From Glycera tridactyla (lineage: Eukaryota), in NCBI GenBank assembly GCA_965644265.1, contig OZ286462.1, forward strand, positions 71,176,001 through 71,240,000: a DNA stretch of 64,000 nt, given 5' to 3'. Below are positions 37,974 through 51,989 of this stretch, piece by piece. Position 1 is the first letter of the stretch. Each line of letters opens with the position of its first letter. The notes below the pieces were generated by a model. The model was not told the origin of the DNA, searched no databases, and saw only the letters and a program-made list of their open reading frames with translations. The position numbers and the translations under genes are program-made.

Positions 37974-40411
37974 CAGTAAAACCTGTCTATAGCGAAAAGT
38001 CACAGGACCAATATCTTTTCTGTTATAGACAGGATCTCGCTGTGCACAGGATTTTCGCATGGGCTCCGCCGGACTCGCTTATAAATGAACGAAAAAATAT
38101 AACCTTGCCCCCTTTGCGCTCACACCACACGCAGGATTGCCTCTATAGATTAGTGTTTTAGCTATAGCTAATCTGTAAATTCAAATGCTAAAGAAAAATT
38201 TGATTCGCTAAAATAATTTGCTAAAATAATTTTCAATCCTGATGGCTGGAAGGCGGTGATGGGGGAATATTGTTAAGAATTTTCCATTGATTTCATTTGA
38301 TTTCTTAAGGGAAATGCAAAAGAAATTGATTTGTAAAATCAATGCCAATGATTTTCCATTTTTGCGAGCTGATTCAATGATATGCATTCTAATTCCAACA
38401 TAGTGCTTTCTGAATTGCTGAAATTATCTACATTTTGCTAAAATCATTCCCTAAAAGGATTTTTTTGCTAGAGGGAACCCAGACACGATAAATACAAGTG
38501 ATATCTGAACAAACCTTATATAAAACGAATCCTGGGAATATTTTGCAGTACACTGCGGGAACGGTTTGATTTTATATCATAGTTTTTTTTCATAATGGCA
38601 AGATGAAACATTTGCGTCGTTGCAAAAAGTGAGTGAAAATCAAGATGGCGGCGATGGAATTCCCCGTGTTTGTTCTGCACTGCTTGTCTTTCATAGCGAA
38701 TTTCAATGAGATATATTTGTTTGGGCGCTTAAATACGCATACCAATCGATTACTTGGCGCTCAAATATGATAGTTTGGATGATAAATCCAGAAAATACGA
38801 TGACTATTGCCTGTAAATTCTTGATGAAGACCACTGTTGTGAAGCGCCATTTGCCGATTTTGGCCTTTGCGCGGATGGAGATCCCGGCTTTTCCAGCCCA
38901 CCACATCATTATTTCTTGTGGCACTCCCTGGGAAACCCCAAAATCATCATCATGAGACACCCACAATTCCTTGTTCAGATGGGGATCCCACCTTCCCTCG
39001 GCCTACTACATCATCATTTCTTGTGATACTTCCTGGGAAACCCAGATTCGTGAGCGGAACTTGTAGAATTGCTCACTCGCGATTTTCGAAGTCAACTTCG
39101 CTTTTCGCTACATACAGATTGGTGGTCTCCGCAGGACTGAAATTGTTGTCTCGTTGTATTGTCTGTATACAGGCCAATTTTAGTGAAAAAACGTTTGGGC
39201 GGACTGTGAGGTATGTACTGTAGACAGGATTTCGCTATGCACAGGAAAAGACCCCACTCCTGATTTATCTGATGAATATCCATAAGGGATACCTCTACTC
39301 TGCATGATATAATCAGATATGCTGAGATGGTGGAAGAGGCAGTGAATGTGCTGTTAAATTGCTACACAAGGGCAAGGAAGTCCTGCAGAAAAAGGTTAGG
39401 ATCACATTCAATGAGAAGCCATAAAACATTTTAGTATGTATGTGTTTTCTGTCACCAGTCTGCAACCTCTGACATGGCCAATGAATCAGGCAAGTGATAG
39501 GCCTAAATTCACATTCACAACATTCACCTTTTTCCTTCACAAAATTGTGATTTCTTATCAGTGCTTCTTTCACTACCCTCTTTGCCTTCCACGGTATGTC
39601 TCACAAATGCTGCGAATTTCCACATGGATCTCCATTCCAAACAGCAAATTGCTAGGTCACTGAATTCTCCGATGAAGCTTCCCTAATCTGTCTTCAAACC
39701 TCATACTGTTTTTAGAAGGGCCACACATCCATTATTGATTGGACATGACTCAAATGCCTTATGACCAGGCTAGGCTACCAGGTCTTTCTTCCAGGGTATA
39801 TAGAAGTTCAAAGGGGTCTCAATCCAGACCTTGTATCTCAATGATGACACGCCCTGCCTTGGCTGTGCATGATCCTTCTGGTATGGTCATTGTTCTGGAT
39901 GTGAGTGGTGTTATCTTTCTCATCTAGTACCGAACACGGGGAATTCCACTGCCGCCATCTTGATTTTCACTCACTTTTTGCTCGCCATGCAAATTTTTCA
40001 CCTCGCCATTACGAAACAAATATACAATATAGAATCAAACTGTTTGCGAAGTATAATGGGCATTACTCTCAGGATTCACCTGATGTATGGTTTATTCCGA
40101 TATTACATATACTTCTCCCGTGATGTGAGTGACGAGCCATTGAGATCGTTTTTCCATCCAATTTGAACATGTTCTATTGAAAATCAGAGGAAACCATGGT
40201 CTTCAACATCAGCCAATCCGCTCAGACGAATGTTTTGGTGACTTTCGAATAATTATTGCGAGTTTGGGGCGCCACGGTAGAGACGCTAATTTCTTGAAGT
40301 AGGGAATTGTTTATCATCGCCCATGTGAAAATCCTGTGCACAACGAGATCCTGTCTATAGCAGGGAAAAAAATTCGGTCCCGTGACTTTTTGCTATAGAC
40401 CCGTTTTACTC
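37974..40411. mobile_element. Tigger/pogo-like foldback non-autonomous element with nested inserts
   Basis: ~85-bp TIRs (cagtaaaacctgtctatagc...gtgcacaggattttc) and a left TA. An inner inverted arm at about 38500-38665 pairs with about 39935-40100. Confidence 0.8.
38132..38482. mobile_element. CAG-terminal hAT-like MITE with 5-bp TSD, nested in the previous element
   Basis: acacg|caggattgcctcta...tagagggaacccag|acacg. The same terminal sequence occurs at 22034-22074. Confidence 0.65.
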
Positions 40412-42483
40412 CATATCATCCACCCATTCTGGACGTAAATTGCAGTAAGTAACAATACTGAAGGAGTGGGACAGTCAGAGTGATGCGTGGATATATATGT
40501 GTGTGTGTTATTCACCAAGGCTGAGACATTAGCCATCAGTATATCCACAATAGCGGTTGATGGATGCCAATGTGGGGCAACCTATCTTACTTTACGGTTT
40601 CTAGCCATCAGTATACGAACCTCATGAGGATTTGTTACATCAGTTCCAACGTGCCATCCAGAGCAACATCCACGCACCTCTCACTTCTTCACAGCAATAT
40701 TATCCAAGGTCATTCTTCATCGCAGATTACTTTGCAAACACTAACATATCAAAGAAATCTATGGAACCCCAAATTTTTCAGCTGTAGCAGTGCCTTCTTA
40801 TGATAGGTTAGAAGGCAATAATGTATATTGATTGTGAGGCTACTTTGAAGTCCAGACCGTGAAATGAATAAGGAGAATTACGAACTTGGACATCCTTCCT
40901 GAGAAATTAACATGGCTATTCATCAACGGGAGACTCTCGGGGATGACTCCATCACTCAATACAATCACTCAGTACAGCATCTTCGTCATCCGGTCAATTG
41001 ACTGAAATAAGCACTGACAAATCTCTCCCTTGGTTCCACTATGTGTGACAAGCGAGGCACGCTAAAGCCTTCGCAAAAGCGATAAAAAGGTGATAAAGAA
41101 CGATGCTTATTATCAGATCTTCAGCTACAGTGCATCCTGCGTAGAGGTAAACCTCGGCTGACAGAAGATATCCACTAGTCGGTTTGCTTTTTTGTGACAC
41201 CCGTCTTCACTGACAATACTTCAGACCATGCATCCAAATGATGCATAATGACACCAAACTTACAGAATTGTTGTTTTATCTGGATAGTTAGATGTACCAT
41301 CATAAGCTTCAATGTTCATGTGAGATTGATGGAGGTGTGTCTGAACTTTCAGCTACTTACACTAGACAAACTTACAAGTAAGTACGTGGGGAACTTACAG
41401 GTTCACTATCGTCTTGTGTTCAGGGGGTTGTGACAGTGAAGCCTGCAGGGGAGTGAACGTTTAGCTTTCATTGACCAGAAACACATGGCATACATATTCT
41501 TGGCAGGATTTGGGTCTCTTCATTGTGGGGATGCAATCATTGAACGTTGTGGGGATGGGATTTGAACAGATAATGCTGCACGATGACCTGTGATCTCAAA
41601 TATGACATCAGGACATACTTTTTCTAGTCAATGTGGGTAAGCAATCATCATGTTGATGATCATAAACTGGTCAACTATTCATATTCAATTCGACCATCAG
41701 CAAAATCAGGTATATTTACTGATTCCTACTAGGTCAATAACAACTTCAACCTAAGTCTAAGAAATCAGCATCAGCATCCCTGCTTCCGAGGATTGAATAG
41801 ACGAAAAACAGTCTCACAAAAAATGGCAAACTGACTGCAAAACAGACGGTCCCTCGTTGGCAACACATTTCACAACCTAAAAATTAAGGAGAGATTCTGA
41901 GAACCATTCAAACTTTGATGATCTGTGTGCTCTCGACATATGTTTTCACATCTAACGTTTTATTGCTCTGCCATAGTTGGTGAAGATTGCAATAAATTTT
42001 ATTCCTATCTGGCACATAATTAAAAAGATAGTTATCTATTATATGAGTGACATGACAGAACATGAACATGATGAATTGTAAGTACCCTCTTGAATATGAA
42101 ATGATTAGGAGATTAATCATTAAAATTCACAGTTTTTCATGAAACTGAATACACTAAGTCTCCCTGAAATGGTAACATTTTGGTACTCATTCTTAGGAGG
42201 AACCTTTGCAATTGTATGCAATGTTTTTCCATCCTACAAAATATGAAACCATGCTTTCCATGCAATACGTGAGGAATGTTCGAAAACTGCACCATCACAA
42301 ATTGTAGGGATGAGCAGGGGTAAAGTGAAACATTTGGGAGAGCATTTTCATAAATAGATTGGTCTCACTATACCTACAATCAACAATCCATGAAGAAAAA
42401 GAAATAAAGCATGATCTAAACATACCTTTACAATGCAGAGAAAATATTCACCAGCAATCTTTCAGAATGATTCATGCAGCATT

Positions 42484-44461
42484 CACTGGATGAAATATGA
42501 CGTTTACTTTGTAAACTGGAGAACTTATACCCCATGTTGACATCATGTACCAAGTTTAAGTGAAGTTTAAGTCACATTTTACATGGAAGTTTAAGTGATT
42601 CAGTTTACATGATGTTTAGATGGAATTTAATTTCAGGTTTACTAAGTTTACATGATGTTTCATATATCTTCCCAGTTAAACACAGTTTACTTCCATGTAA
42701 ACTGATACACATTTTACCCAGTTGACCCAAAACTCAGAAGAATTCAACCAAACATGATTGGTCTTTGTATGGACCTTATTTATTTCAGAATATAATCCAT
42801 CTTTTTGTGAACTGGTGGCATATGTGCAGACAATATTTCAGGGATATTTGACCTGTTATACACTCAATCCTGTCTATAGAGATCACTCTTGTTTGCATCA
42901 AAATGTGGTCTTTGTAGACAGGTGGTCTTTGAAGAGAGGTTGTTTACTGTTGTAAATAAAATCATGTTTGAGGGATAAGGTGGTCTTTGCAAGCAGGTGA
43001 CCTTTGTATGGAAACAGTGTCTAGAGCAAGTTCAAATGTTTGTGAAGTACACCAGGGAAACAGAATTGATTGCATAAGAATTGGACTGTAGGTGAACTGT
43101 TTGACCTCTGGTTTTCCCCAGCTCTAAGTGCATGGCCTAGGGCCTGTTTCACTATAATGATGAGAACTGATCTTTAGGACTGAATTCATGAGAGTTGATA
43201 TCGGGATATTCTGATATACCATAGCAAGTGGGATTGCATGAGTTTGAGTGGTATTTCTACATGATAGTGAAATGGGCCCTAGCCTTGACCCCCTATCATA
43301 AACAGCTACCCCCAGACACTGTTCATTCACAAAAGTCAGTTGACCACTGACACCACCACTTCCATGGAGTACCTCAAGGATACAACTTCGGACTCTGATG
43401 GGAATATGAATTCCTTCAATTTTTTCATTGCTGTCTGTCTGCCTGCCTGTCTGTATTTTCTGTCTTCTCTGTCTGTCTGTCTGTCTGTCTGGATGATTCC
43501 GTCTGTCTGAATGATTCTGTCAATCAGTCTTCATTTCATATTTTCCCTTACCCTGTCTANNNNNNNNNNNNNNNNNNNNNNNNNNNNNNNNNNNNNNNNN
43601 NNNNNNNNNNNNNNNNNNNNNNNNNNNNNNNNNNNNNNNNNNNNNNNNNNNNNNNNNNNNNNNNNNNNNNNNNNNNNNNNNNNNNNNNNNNNNNNNNNNN
43701 ATCAGTCTGCATTTCATTTTTTCCCTTACCCTGTCTANNNNNNNNNNNNNNNNNNNNNNNNNNNNNNNNNNNNNNNNNNNNNNNNNNNNNNNNNNNNNNN
43801 NNNNNNNNNNNNNNNNNNNNNNNNNNNNNNNNNNNNNNNNNNNNNNNNNNNNNNNNNNNNNNNNNNNNNNNNNNNNNNNNNNNNNNNNNNNNNNNNNNNN
43901 NNNNNNNNNNNNNNNNNNNNNNNNNNNNNNNNNNNNNNNNNNNNNNNNNNNNNNNNNNNNNNNNNNNNNNNCACATTGAAATTTACTGAATAAAATCAAA
44001 TGAGGACACTTCATGTAAAATGTGTATAATTATGTATACTGACTCAGTATACATCATGTATAATTGGGTAAAAGTCAAAAGTTTATCACAAAAAGTATAT
44101 TTCAACAAAAATTGTGCATGGTTACATCATTGACTGGCATCTGATATGCCTTTTGGACAGGTCCTGGAAGCATCAAAATATGAAAATTTAATTTTGTAAA
44201 CTGACGAGTTTACATCATGTAAACTTAAGATTTACTGCAAACAGCATACTCAGTACATATGATGTATACTTGATGTAAACTGTCATACTTATACCCAAGT
44301 AAATTTGGTCCTTTACTGACACAGTAAATCCCAAGTATACCCCAAGTAAACTTCATGTAAAAGTTGACTCAGTTTACATCATTTTACACCAGTTTACATC
44401 ATGTTTACTTGGGATTTAATTTGGGTTTACTGCACAAGTAAACCCCAAATTTCATGCAGTG
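42484..44461. mobile_element. EnSpm/CACTA-type (CACTG termini) non-autonomous element with 3-bp TSD
   Basis: att|cactggatgaaat...atttcatgcagtg|att, with many gtttacat(c/g)atg subterminal repeats at both ends. A TA-MITE is nested near 42855-43035, and tandem repeats lie in the gaps. Confidence 0.72.
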
Positions 44462-46044
44462 ATTGATGTCAATATGAACAATGACCTTAACAGTTCGCTC
44501 CAAAGTCGCTCTTCAATGAAGCCTAGAACTATCTTGAAGGGAATGGGTTACAGGTGATATGTGCCAAATGGGAATTTATGTTTTTCCCTATGGAGGCAGG
44601 TATGAAAATTAGCCGGTATTCTATATTCTTGGTTGGTAAGATGGTGATGGTAACCTTGGGAATGCCTGGAAAGTTTACACTGATGCACCACACTTCCCTC
44701 ACCTCGTACTCCTCCATATTTACTAGCAGCAACGGACCATAACCATCACCTGGGAATGAATGCGGGAGGCTGAGAAGGATGAGTTACATCCCTTCACAGT
44801 GATAGATCCATCACCTGAGTCTCTTAATGTAAGTGTAAATGATGGCTAGCCCTCAAGTGACCACAAGTGTATCACTGGTTCACACCCAACTTGAGTAGCC
44901 TTCAATAGAACTATAGAAGCAATACCCACATTTTCAAGGGCTGAAATTGATAGGGATTTACCTATCCTATAATCACCACCAAGGCCACTAAAATTCTGTC
45001 AAATACCCACTGTATGTTTCAATCACAAAATCTTTTCTCGTCTGATTAAGAGTTTCAACGGCGCAAATGGATTGTATAGGTCTATTCCGGCGATTATCGA
45101 ACCTGAATTTGATCACTCTGTTTGCTTCTGAAGAGGTTGTGCCCTAATTTCGTTGTATTCCCATGGTGAATCTGCCGGCATCAGGATCATTGGGGTAACT
45201 CTCCATGTGAAACAATGGAGATATGCACACAACACACTCACCGCGAAATATACAAATAAACTTCCTTGTCACCACATTCCTAGTCATCGGAGATGTAGAC
45301 AATGTCTGTCAGTGAGTCTCTGGCCGTTGTTTGACAGGCAGTACATACAGCAGGTTGCTTCTTGCATTTTTATGGTAGGCGGCTCTTGCCGGCTCCATAT
45401 TCAGAGCGTAGTGGGGCTGGGATTGCAAAACGGCCGTGGTTTTTTTCTGGAATTGAAAGAGTCCCCGGAGTTGGGACAAATGCCAGCATTTCGAACACCA
45501 TGTGGGGTATGGTCCTATAGATAAAAAATATATTGCTTGATTCATGGTAACGGAATTGGATGTTATTTCACCAGTATGCAATAATACAGAAAAAAGGTAT
45601 AGAAATTGTTTACTTTCGTGGGCTCACATAATCTGATATAGAAGAGGGGGAGTGCTGGAAACTCTTGACCACCTGGCACTATCTATCTATACAGCCAAAG
45701 CAGGCTACCAAATCTTGAGATGGCATTCATGGTGATTATTCACTGTTCACAAAAATAGTTGCTGGCATCGCATTTTCATTTGGAATGATAATAAAGAAGA
45801 AATAAGCTATTGCAAAATGGGATTCGAGGCTACCATTAGCACTCTTTGCCTTCGTATACAATGTCTATAACACTTTGAATAGCCAGGCATGCATGCTTGT
45901 GTGTTGGTCAGTGCAGGTTGGCTAGGTCAGCGTGCTCATTTCAGTATGTACTGTCAGCCAGTCAACGATCCAGTGGGGTTCCCACACGTGCACGCATCGT
46001 CGTCCTTCAAGTGACCTGCCTGCCCCTACCTTTAGGAGAGAGAG

Positions 46045-46056
46045 GGGGGGGGGGGG

Positions 46057-46091
<35 letters not shown>

Positions 46092-46460
46092 CGGCGGCGA
46101 CGAGGACGGCGAGGACGGTGGTGGTGATAGTGGTGGTGGTGGTGATGCTGATGCTGNNNNNNNNNNNNNNNNNNNNNNNNNNNNNNNNNNNNNNNNNNNN
46201 NNNNNNNNNNNNNNNNNNNNNNNNNNNNNNNNNNNNNNNNNNNNNNNNNNNNNNNNNNNNNNNNNNNNNNNNNNNNNNNNNNNNNNNNNNNNTGGTGGTG
46301 GTTGATAGGATGGTGGTGGTGGTGGTGGAGGTGGTGGTGATGGCTGTGGTGGTGGTGATAATGGGATGGTGGTGTCGGTTTTTGGTGGTGGTGGTGGTTG
46401 ATGGGATGGTGGTGGTGGTGGTGGTGGTCATTGTTGATGGGAGTGCCTGCCTGCCTGCCT
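46045..46460. repeat. Compound microsatellite: G-run, (GA)n, (GGT)n, (TGCC)n
   Basis: Read directly from the sequence. It includes an N gap. Confidence 0.95.
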
Positions 46461-46479
46461 GCCTGTCTGCCTGCCTACC

Positions 46480-47900
46480 CACCAACCTACCCACCCACCT
46501 ACCTACCCCCACCTATCTACCCACCTATTCACTCAACCAGCTACCCACCCACCCATCCACCCACCTACCTACCCACCTACCCACCCACCCACCACCCCCT
46601 TACCCACCCTCTTACCCACCCGGCTACCCACCCAGTCACCGACAAACACAGCTACCCACCCACCCAGCTACCCACCCAACTACCCACCCACTCACCTACG
46701 TACCCACCCACCTACCCACCCACCCAACCTACCCACCCATCCACGCACCAACCTACCTACTCACCCACCCTCCTACCCACCCAGTCACCCACCAACACAG
46801 CTACCCACCAACACAGCTACCCACCCAATTACCCACCCACCCTCCTACCCACTCACCTACATACCCACCCATCAACCCACCCACCTACCCTCCCATCCAC
46901 CCAGCTACCCACCCAGCTACCCACCCACCTACCTACCCACCAACCTACCCACCCATCCACGCACCAACCTACCTACTCACCCACCCACCTACCCACCCAC
47001 CTACCCTCCCATCTCCCCACCCACCATCCACCCACCCATCACACACTCTACCACCCACCACACAGGCACCCGACCAACCCACCCACCCATCCACCTACCC
47101 ACCCACCCACCCACCTACCCACCCACACATCAACCCACCCACCCACATACCCACCAATCCACCCACCTACCCACCCACCGATGCACCAACCTACCTACTC
47201 ACCCACCCTCCCACCCACCCACCCTCCTACCCACCCACCTACCCACCCATCATCCACCCACCCTACCACCTGCCACACAGCCACCCAACCAACCCAGCCG
47301 TCCCTTACCCACCCTCCTACCCACCCACCCACCTACACACTAACCCAGCTACCCATCCACCTACCCAACCACCTACCCACCCAACCACCCACCCACCCAC
47401 CTACCTAACCACCCATCTTCCTACCTACCCACCTACCACCCACCTACCTACCCACCCACCCACCTGCCCTTCTGTCCAACCACCTATGCACCCACCTACC
47501 CACCCACTTATCTACCCATCCACCCACCTACCCACCAACCTACCCGCCCAGCTACCAAGCTACCCATCGATCCACTTACCCACACCCACCTACCCACCTA
47601 CCTTCCTACCCACCCACCCAACTACCCACCCACTTGCATGCCTATCCACCCACTTACCTATCCACCCGTCTACCTACCCACCCAGCTATCCATCCACCCA
47701 ACTACCCACTCATGCACCTACCCACCCACCTACCTCCACACCCATCTACCTACCCACCTACCCACCCACCCACCCACCTACCCACCTATATATTCGCCCA
47801 CCTATCTACTCACCCACCTACCTATCCACCCACCTACCCACCAACCGACACCCACCCACCCACCCACCCAACATCCGACCCACCAACTAACCACCCAACC
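46480..47900. repeat. ~1.4-kb degenerate (ACCC/ACCT)n microsatellite
   Basis: Read directly from the sequence. It is the source of the spurious 652-aa and 336-aa P/T/H ORFs. Confidence 0.97.
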
Positions 47901-48179
47901 ATCAAGTTCATCCGCTTGCCGCTTACCATTTCAGGCCTACAGGCCTAGTTTTCAATGATTTCAGCGACTTTATGCCATTCTGACCATTTTTCTGGCCACT
48001 ACCATCAATTATGACTATTTTCCCTCACACATATCCTATATTTCGTGCTTATATGCTAATTTGATAGATAAATTGCAATGGATTTCTTGGATGATGCCCC
48101 ATGAAAGAGGGCACAAAATTGCTGGTGGCAAACTATTATGGTACCATTTCTGAGTGTTACTTGCTTCCAAACTTGACTA

Positions 48180-48339
48180 CAGTCGAACCTGTCTATGAAG
48201 ACCACCATCGGTCGCATCAAAAAATGGTCTTCATAGGCAGGTGGTCTTTATAGAGAGGTCATTTACTGTTGAAAATACTACCACGGTCGCAGCTCAGGGT
48301 GGTCTTTATAGAGAGGTGGTCTTTAGAGCAGGACAACTG
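48180..48339. mobile_element. TA-MITE (AAAGACCACC family)
   Basis: ta|cagtcgaacctgtc...gcaggacaactg|ta. Relatives lie near 19180-19340, 23690-23830 and 42855-43035. Confidence 0.8.
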
Positions 48340-50197
48340 TATTTGTACATTAATAACAATACAAAGACAATGCCAGGGTTCTCATAGATAGGAATCTTAT
48401 GCTTTCTGTCAAGAATAACGTCCGGGAAAATACCCAATTATTGCCTGTTTGCAATTGCTAACATCATGTACAAATAATAGTCCCCTTTTATGAATGAGCA
48501 AGTGCCGTGGTGCTAATTAGGGAGGATACAGTATGTATTGAATCAGCAAGAGAGTAGGGTTGATGTAAACTCAAAAATCAAACCTTCAATCTTCCAAAGA
48601 ATGTGGAGGGAATATGATTCCCTCCCCAAAAAAAACACCAAATGCAGTACATATTGCCAATTCTTTGACTTACAATGCATTGCTATATGAATTGAGTATC
48701 ATAAGCATCAGTAAGTACCATGCGAGGCATGCACAGCATGTGGTGCTGTGTCTGTACTGTCAGCTTATGTTTAGGGTCTGTGAGAGAAAGGCCTGCAAGG
48801 GTTGGAACATCCAGCTTTCATCAATCAAGAACACACAACCTGCCTGATACTTTGAGTTGATACAAACTGATGAAGCCCAAACAAACAAACACTATCCGAA
48901 GATAGACAATCAAGTAAATGTATAAATCTATCACCCACTGACCAAGAACATGAGTATAGTGCCTCTCAGCAGCTTGACTTCTCTGCCTGGGCATACATAG
49001 AGTGAGTTGGGAATGTAAAAGCCTGCCACACTGGGCACCATGCCTGGAGAAGGCCAATTATTGCAAGCCTGATTTATTTCAAACATGGGCGCCATTCTTT
49101 GAAGGCTGTCAACAGAACAAAAAAATGCCAATTTATCACCTACATAGCTGAACAAAAGCTACATTTTCTTGACCAGGAGTGCAATCACTTGTGAATGTGA
49201 CTTTCAACAAAGGTATGGAAAAGGAAACAATACAGGAAATCAGAGGGTTCAGAATTGAAACTTTGAAAATGATCCCCACTGTACTACTTGTCTGATATCA
49301 GGAAGGGTAATTTTGCCCACATTAGGAAAACAATAAGCCTAGCTGTTTGACAAAAGAGCTTTCTGGAGAAAGAGGTTGTGTTTGCGAACCATCTCTCACA
49401 GATTACAAGAACACAATAATCTACAGTCAAACCTGCCCTAAGCATGCACTGTGCTAAGCAATAACTCTCTTCAGCAACCATGCAGCATTCATCCTGCCAG
49501 TGTATTTTTACTTTACTATAGGCATGCACCTGCTCTAACCAAGCACTTTTGCATCTTTCCTGGCCCAGGCTTAGGACAGTTTTGACTGTACCTATTGTTT
49601 TCCCTGGCCAAATGGAAGACAAGAATATGTGAGAGGGAGACAGTGAGAACATAAGCCTTTGGGCATGCTACAAATAAGATTACAGAGAAACAAAGACTGT
49701 GAGGATGACAACAACAGATGGGAGGATGAGCAAACCTCACTCATGGCATGAAGGAACACAGCAATTTTCGTCATGCTCATGGTCAATATCAGGTCACAGG
49801 GTCAGCCACGTGGCCAGGTCGGCATCCTTCAAGAGAAGTAGCATGCCTTGCACATAACTTGTCAATCCCAGGCCAATCTCTTTCATTCATGCATTTGCCC
49901 TTTGTCACTGCAGTGAGCCAAACAACCACAGCACAGACCCTCACACGATATATACCTTGTGCATTCTTTGGTTTTGAGCAACGAAAAATGCATTAGAAAA
50001 GCATTGCTATCAGGTGTGAGATTGAGCTTCCCGACAGTTACATAGTTATATCTCTAATAGGTTGATGAGTTATGTGTAACCAAATGACACGAAGTGCATG
50101 AAATGTACTGGCAAGTCTGAGCTGTAACAATTGATAAAGGTGGGCTATGGATTACATCTCCCTTCCATTTTCTCCGCATGGAAAATGAAAGTGAATA

Positions 50198-50376
50198 CAG
50201 TGATGCAAGTGCACTAAGAGAATTTTCTGAAACCCGACCAAATTTTCTGAAACTAACCCCTATACTTCCAGAAGCACCAGATTTGAAACTTTCAGCCCAA
50301 TCCCGAAACTTCTCAATTTTGAATATGATGACAAATTTCCTGAATTTAGGAAATTTCTTGAAAACTTGCATCACTG
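50198..50376. mobile_element. CAG-terminal MITE with probable 6-bp TSD
   Basis: 13-bp perfect TIR cagtgatgcaagt/acttgcatcactg. The flanks are tgaata and agaata (5/6 match). Confidence 0.8.
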
Positions 50377-51624
50377 AGAATAATGGATAAGAATGGTAAC
50401 AAGAGTTTAACGTCTCAAATTGAAAGATGGGTTCATGGATAATTGGTGACATTGTGGAATACTGGTGACTTTGGTGGTGGTATAGCAAATCAGATATTAA
50501 GGAAAAAACATAATTTTTTAATCGCTGTCAAGAATATCAAAATGAATAAATTTAGCAGATAATATTTTACTGCAGTCCCGAGAAGAATCTTAATACTGTA
50601 TGTGAGCATCACCATAGAGGCCACTTGGGTCATGCTAAAACGTGCTGAATCAACTTCCTATTTACAAACATAAATTCTGCCTTGATTGGAGACTAAACAT
50701 ACAGGAACTGTTAGCAGCGGCCACATGCTCCACATGATTCTGTCTCAGCATGCCCGCCAACATGACCAGCCCAGGGTCAGAACCTCCCACCCTAGTGACC
50801 CATGACTTCCTCCCTGCTGTTGCCACAAGTCTGCCCTTCCTTCCCACAGGTATTTGTAGGCCAGTCAGATAGGCACTTCCCTGTGTGTTTGTTTATCATA
50901 TATGTAGGACACCAAGTGCATGAAATGTCATTTTTCACTCTGTTGATATCAGTTTCTAACAAACTGGCATGTCCATATTCAAATCATGTCAAGTCACATG
51001 TTGCACAAGTTCCAACACATGTACATGCATACACACATGGACACATGTACATGCATGCACATATGGACACATGGACACACACATACACATACACAAACAT
51101 GCATGCACACACAAACACAGAGCATGTATCCTATTTCTCCATGTTCTCATGTTCCACCTCAGATTTCTCCTTGAAAGATTGCAGATATTAAAATCAACAG
51201 GAGAATGAGTTCTTTCTTGTGCTAGAGTAGCAATTTTTACATGATGAACAATTGGATTGATGTAAATTTGATACGATCCGATAACAATGTCACTGATTGG
51301 TATAAAATATATCTTATGCCTCATACAGTAGATGTATATTTTTTGCATTCTTATACTGAAGACATCTCATGCAATTTCACAAATCTACTCCTATATCAAG
51401 GCTTCTATTGATCTCATTCAAAAACTTGAATAGAAAAATTCCTTGATTTTCCAGCTCATCCAACTTAGCAGGTATGCTGAATAAGAAGCTGACGAGCTCA
51501 TATACATTGTATATATGAAATGAGATCAGTATTAACACAAAAAGGTCGAACTGGGCAGAAAGCATCAGGCGACCAGTTTTACTTACTATAGATGTGTGTG
51601 TGTGTTTGTGTGTGGTGCATGCAT

Positions 51625-51700
51625 GACAGTAAGACAGTAAGACAGTAAGACAAAAACTTTATTTGTAATGGCGACGGTAACATGTTACATGGAAAAACAG
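51625..51700 (-). mobile_element. 3' tail of a non-LTR retrotransposon
   Basis: The minus strand reads ...aataaagtttttgtc(ttactgtc)x3, a polyadenylation signal followed by an 8-bp repeat tail. Confidence 0.45.
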
Positions 51701-51989
51701 ACAGAGAGATACTCGAGAGATGCCAGTTATTACAACTGATCCTGGTTACCACCATTGTTCATAAAATATCATGCAGTCTTCTGTACATGAGGAAACCCAT
51801 ATGTGCTAGTTTCAAGGGTGAAAAATTCATGCCATATCACAAAGTGAAATTCAATATGGATAATGGTGAGTAATATCAACTATTGAAATCGATTAGTGGA
51901 GTATGGGAGGTTCAATTAATTTCATGCATGTGTGTGTGTGAGAGTGTGTGTGAACTTGCATGCCTGCATGTGTGTGTGTGCATGCGTGT

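Larger units (their letters stand above)
1992..46291. other. Eight assembly gaps (N-runs; span given; not contiguous)
   Basis: N-runs start near 1992, 8114, 12606, 13291, 18515, 43560, 43738 and 46157. Confidence 1.

Noticed and set aside
45932-47890. 652-aa and 336-aa Pro/Thr/His-rich ORFs (extensin- or mucin-like)
   Set aside because: They are translations of (GGT)n and (ACCC)n microsatellites plus an N gap. Several frames are open because the repeat lacks stops.
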